Source: a virus. Taken from it: a DNA stretch of 64,000 bases. Every line of letters starts with the position of its first letter. Position 1 is the first letter of the stretch. This document shows positions 63,887 through 64,000 of the stretch, one piece after another. The position numbers were made by a program, and so were the translations under genes. Under the pieces are notes generated by a model. The model was not told where the DNA came from. It did no database searches and saw only the letters and a program-made list of their open reading frames with translations. Location: positions 113,769 to 177,768 of IMG/VR virus record IMGVR_UViG_3300005264_000040; one strand, given 5' to 3'.

Positions 63887-64000
63887 ACAAAACCGCGCCG
63901 TAACTCCGAGGCGCTCCTAAATATCGGAGCTGTAATATGTAGGGGAGGTTCCTACACACGCAGCACACTACTGCGCGGACAATTAAAGTGTCGGAGTTTG

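Noticed and set aside
61750-64000. Self-cleaving ribozymes (pistol, twister, hammerhead), tRNA or tmRNA in the structured region
   Set aside because: GGGCCACG plus an A-rich linker recalls pistol, but the P2/AG/GCG elements are missing. I found no CUGANGA...GAAA core, no twister GUCCYAAGC loop, and no cloverleaf with T and D loops.
1-64000. Stop-codon reassignment as seen in some large phages
   Set aside because: Genes up to 9.6 kb are open in the standard code, and TAA, TAG and TGA all end genes at sensible boundaries next to an RBS or terminator.
1-64000. CRISPR array, diversity-generating retroelement, shufflon, integrase or transposase
   Set aside because: I saw no regularly spaced direct repeats, no reverse transcriptase or TR/VR pair, no short crossover repeats among the fibre tips, and no recombinase motifs in this window.

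Overview
AT-rich segment of a large, lytic-looking, contractile-tailed (jumbo-myovirus-like) phage genome; the host cannot be named from this window. From 1 to about 61.2 kb it is mostly virion-morphogenesis genes on both strands. These include a GH73 lysin, a portal with a Zn-ribbon insert, a baseplate J-like wedge, four tandem HxH-repeat tail fibres, a DUF6582-like head protein, a tail-tube-like protein, a 3202-aa tape measure protein, and a tail chaperone pair with a +1/-2 frameshift signal. A family of giant fibre-like proteins shares a 14-residue repeat shaft and a conserved C-terminal motif. thyX and a small N6-adenine methyltransferase are also present. No capsid, terminase, sheath, integrase, tRNA or CRISPR array was recognised. 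Five non-coding or small-gene observations stand out. (1) An identical 81-bp pseudo-palindrome with a (TA)6 core occurs in inverted orientation at 8244-8324 and 42172-42252, bracketing a 34-kb tail module. (2) A phage-specific promoter class, TTAGCA-N16-TGnTATAAT, precedes the structural operons. (3) A GC-richer, early-type region (61.25-64 kb) has small genes, each behind a structured leader. (4) Three of those leaders carry the same covarying hairpin/pseudoknot, whose loop pairs with the SD-to-ATG spacer. (5) One regulated gene looks like a Csx16/Csx20-type cyclic-oligoadenylate ring nuclease, a candidate anti-type III CRISPR protein. All protein assignments come from motif recognition by eye; no database searches or folding programs were run.
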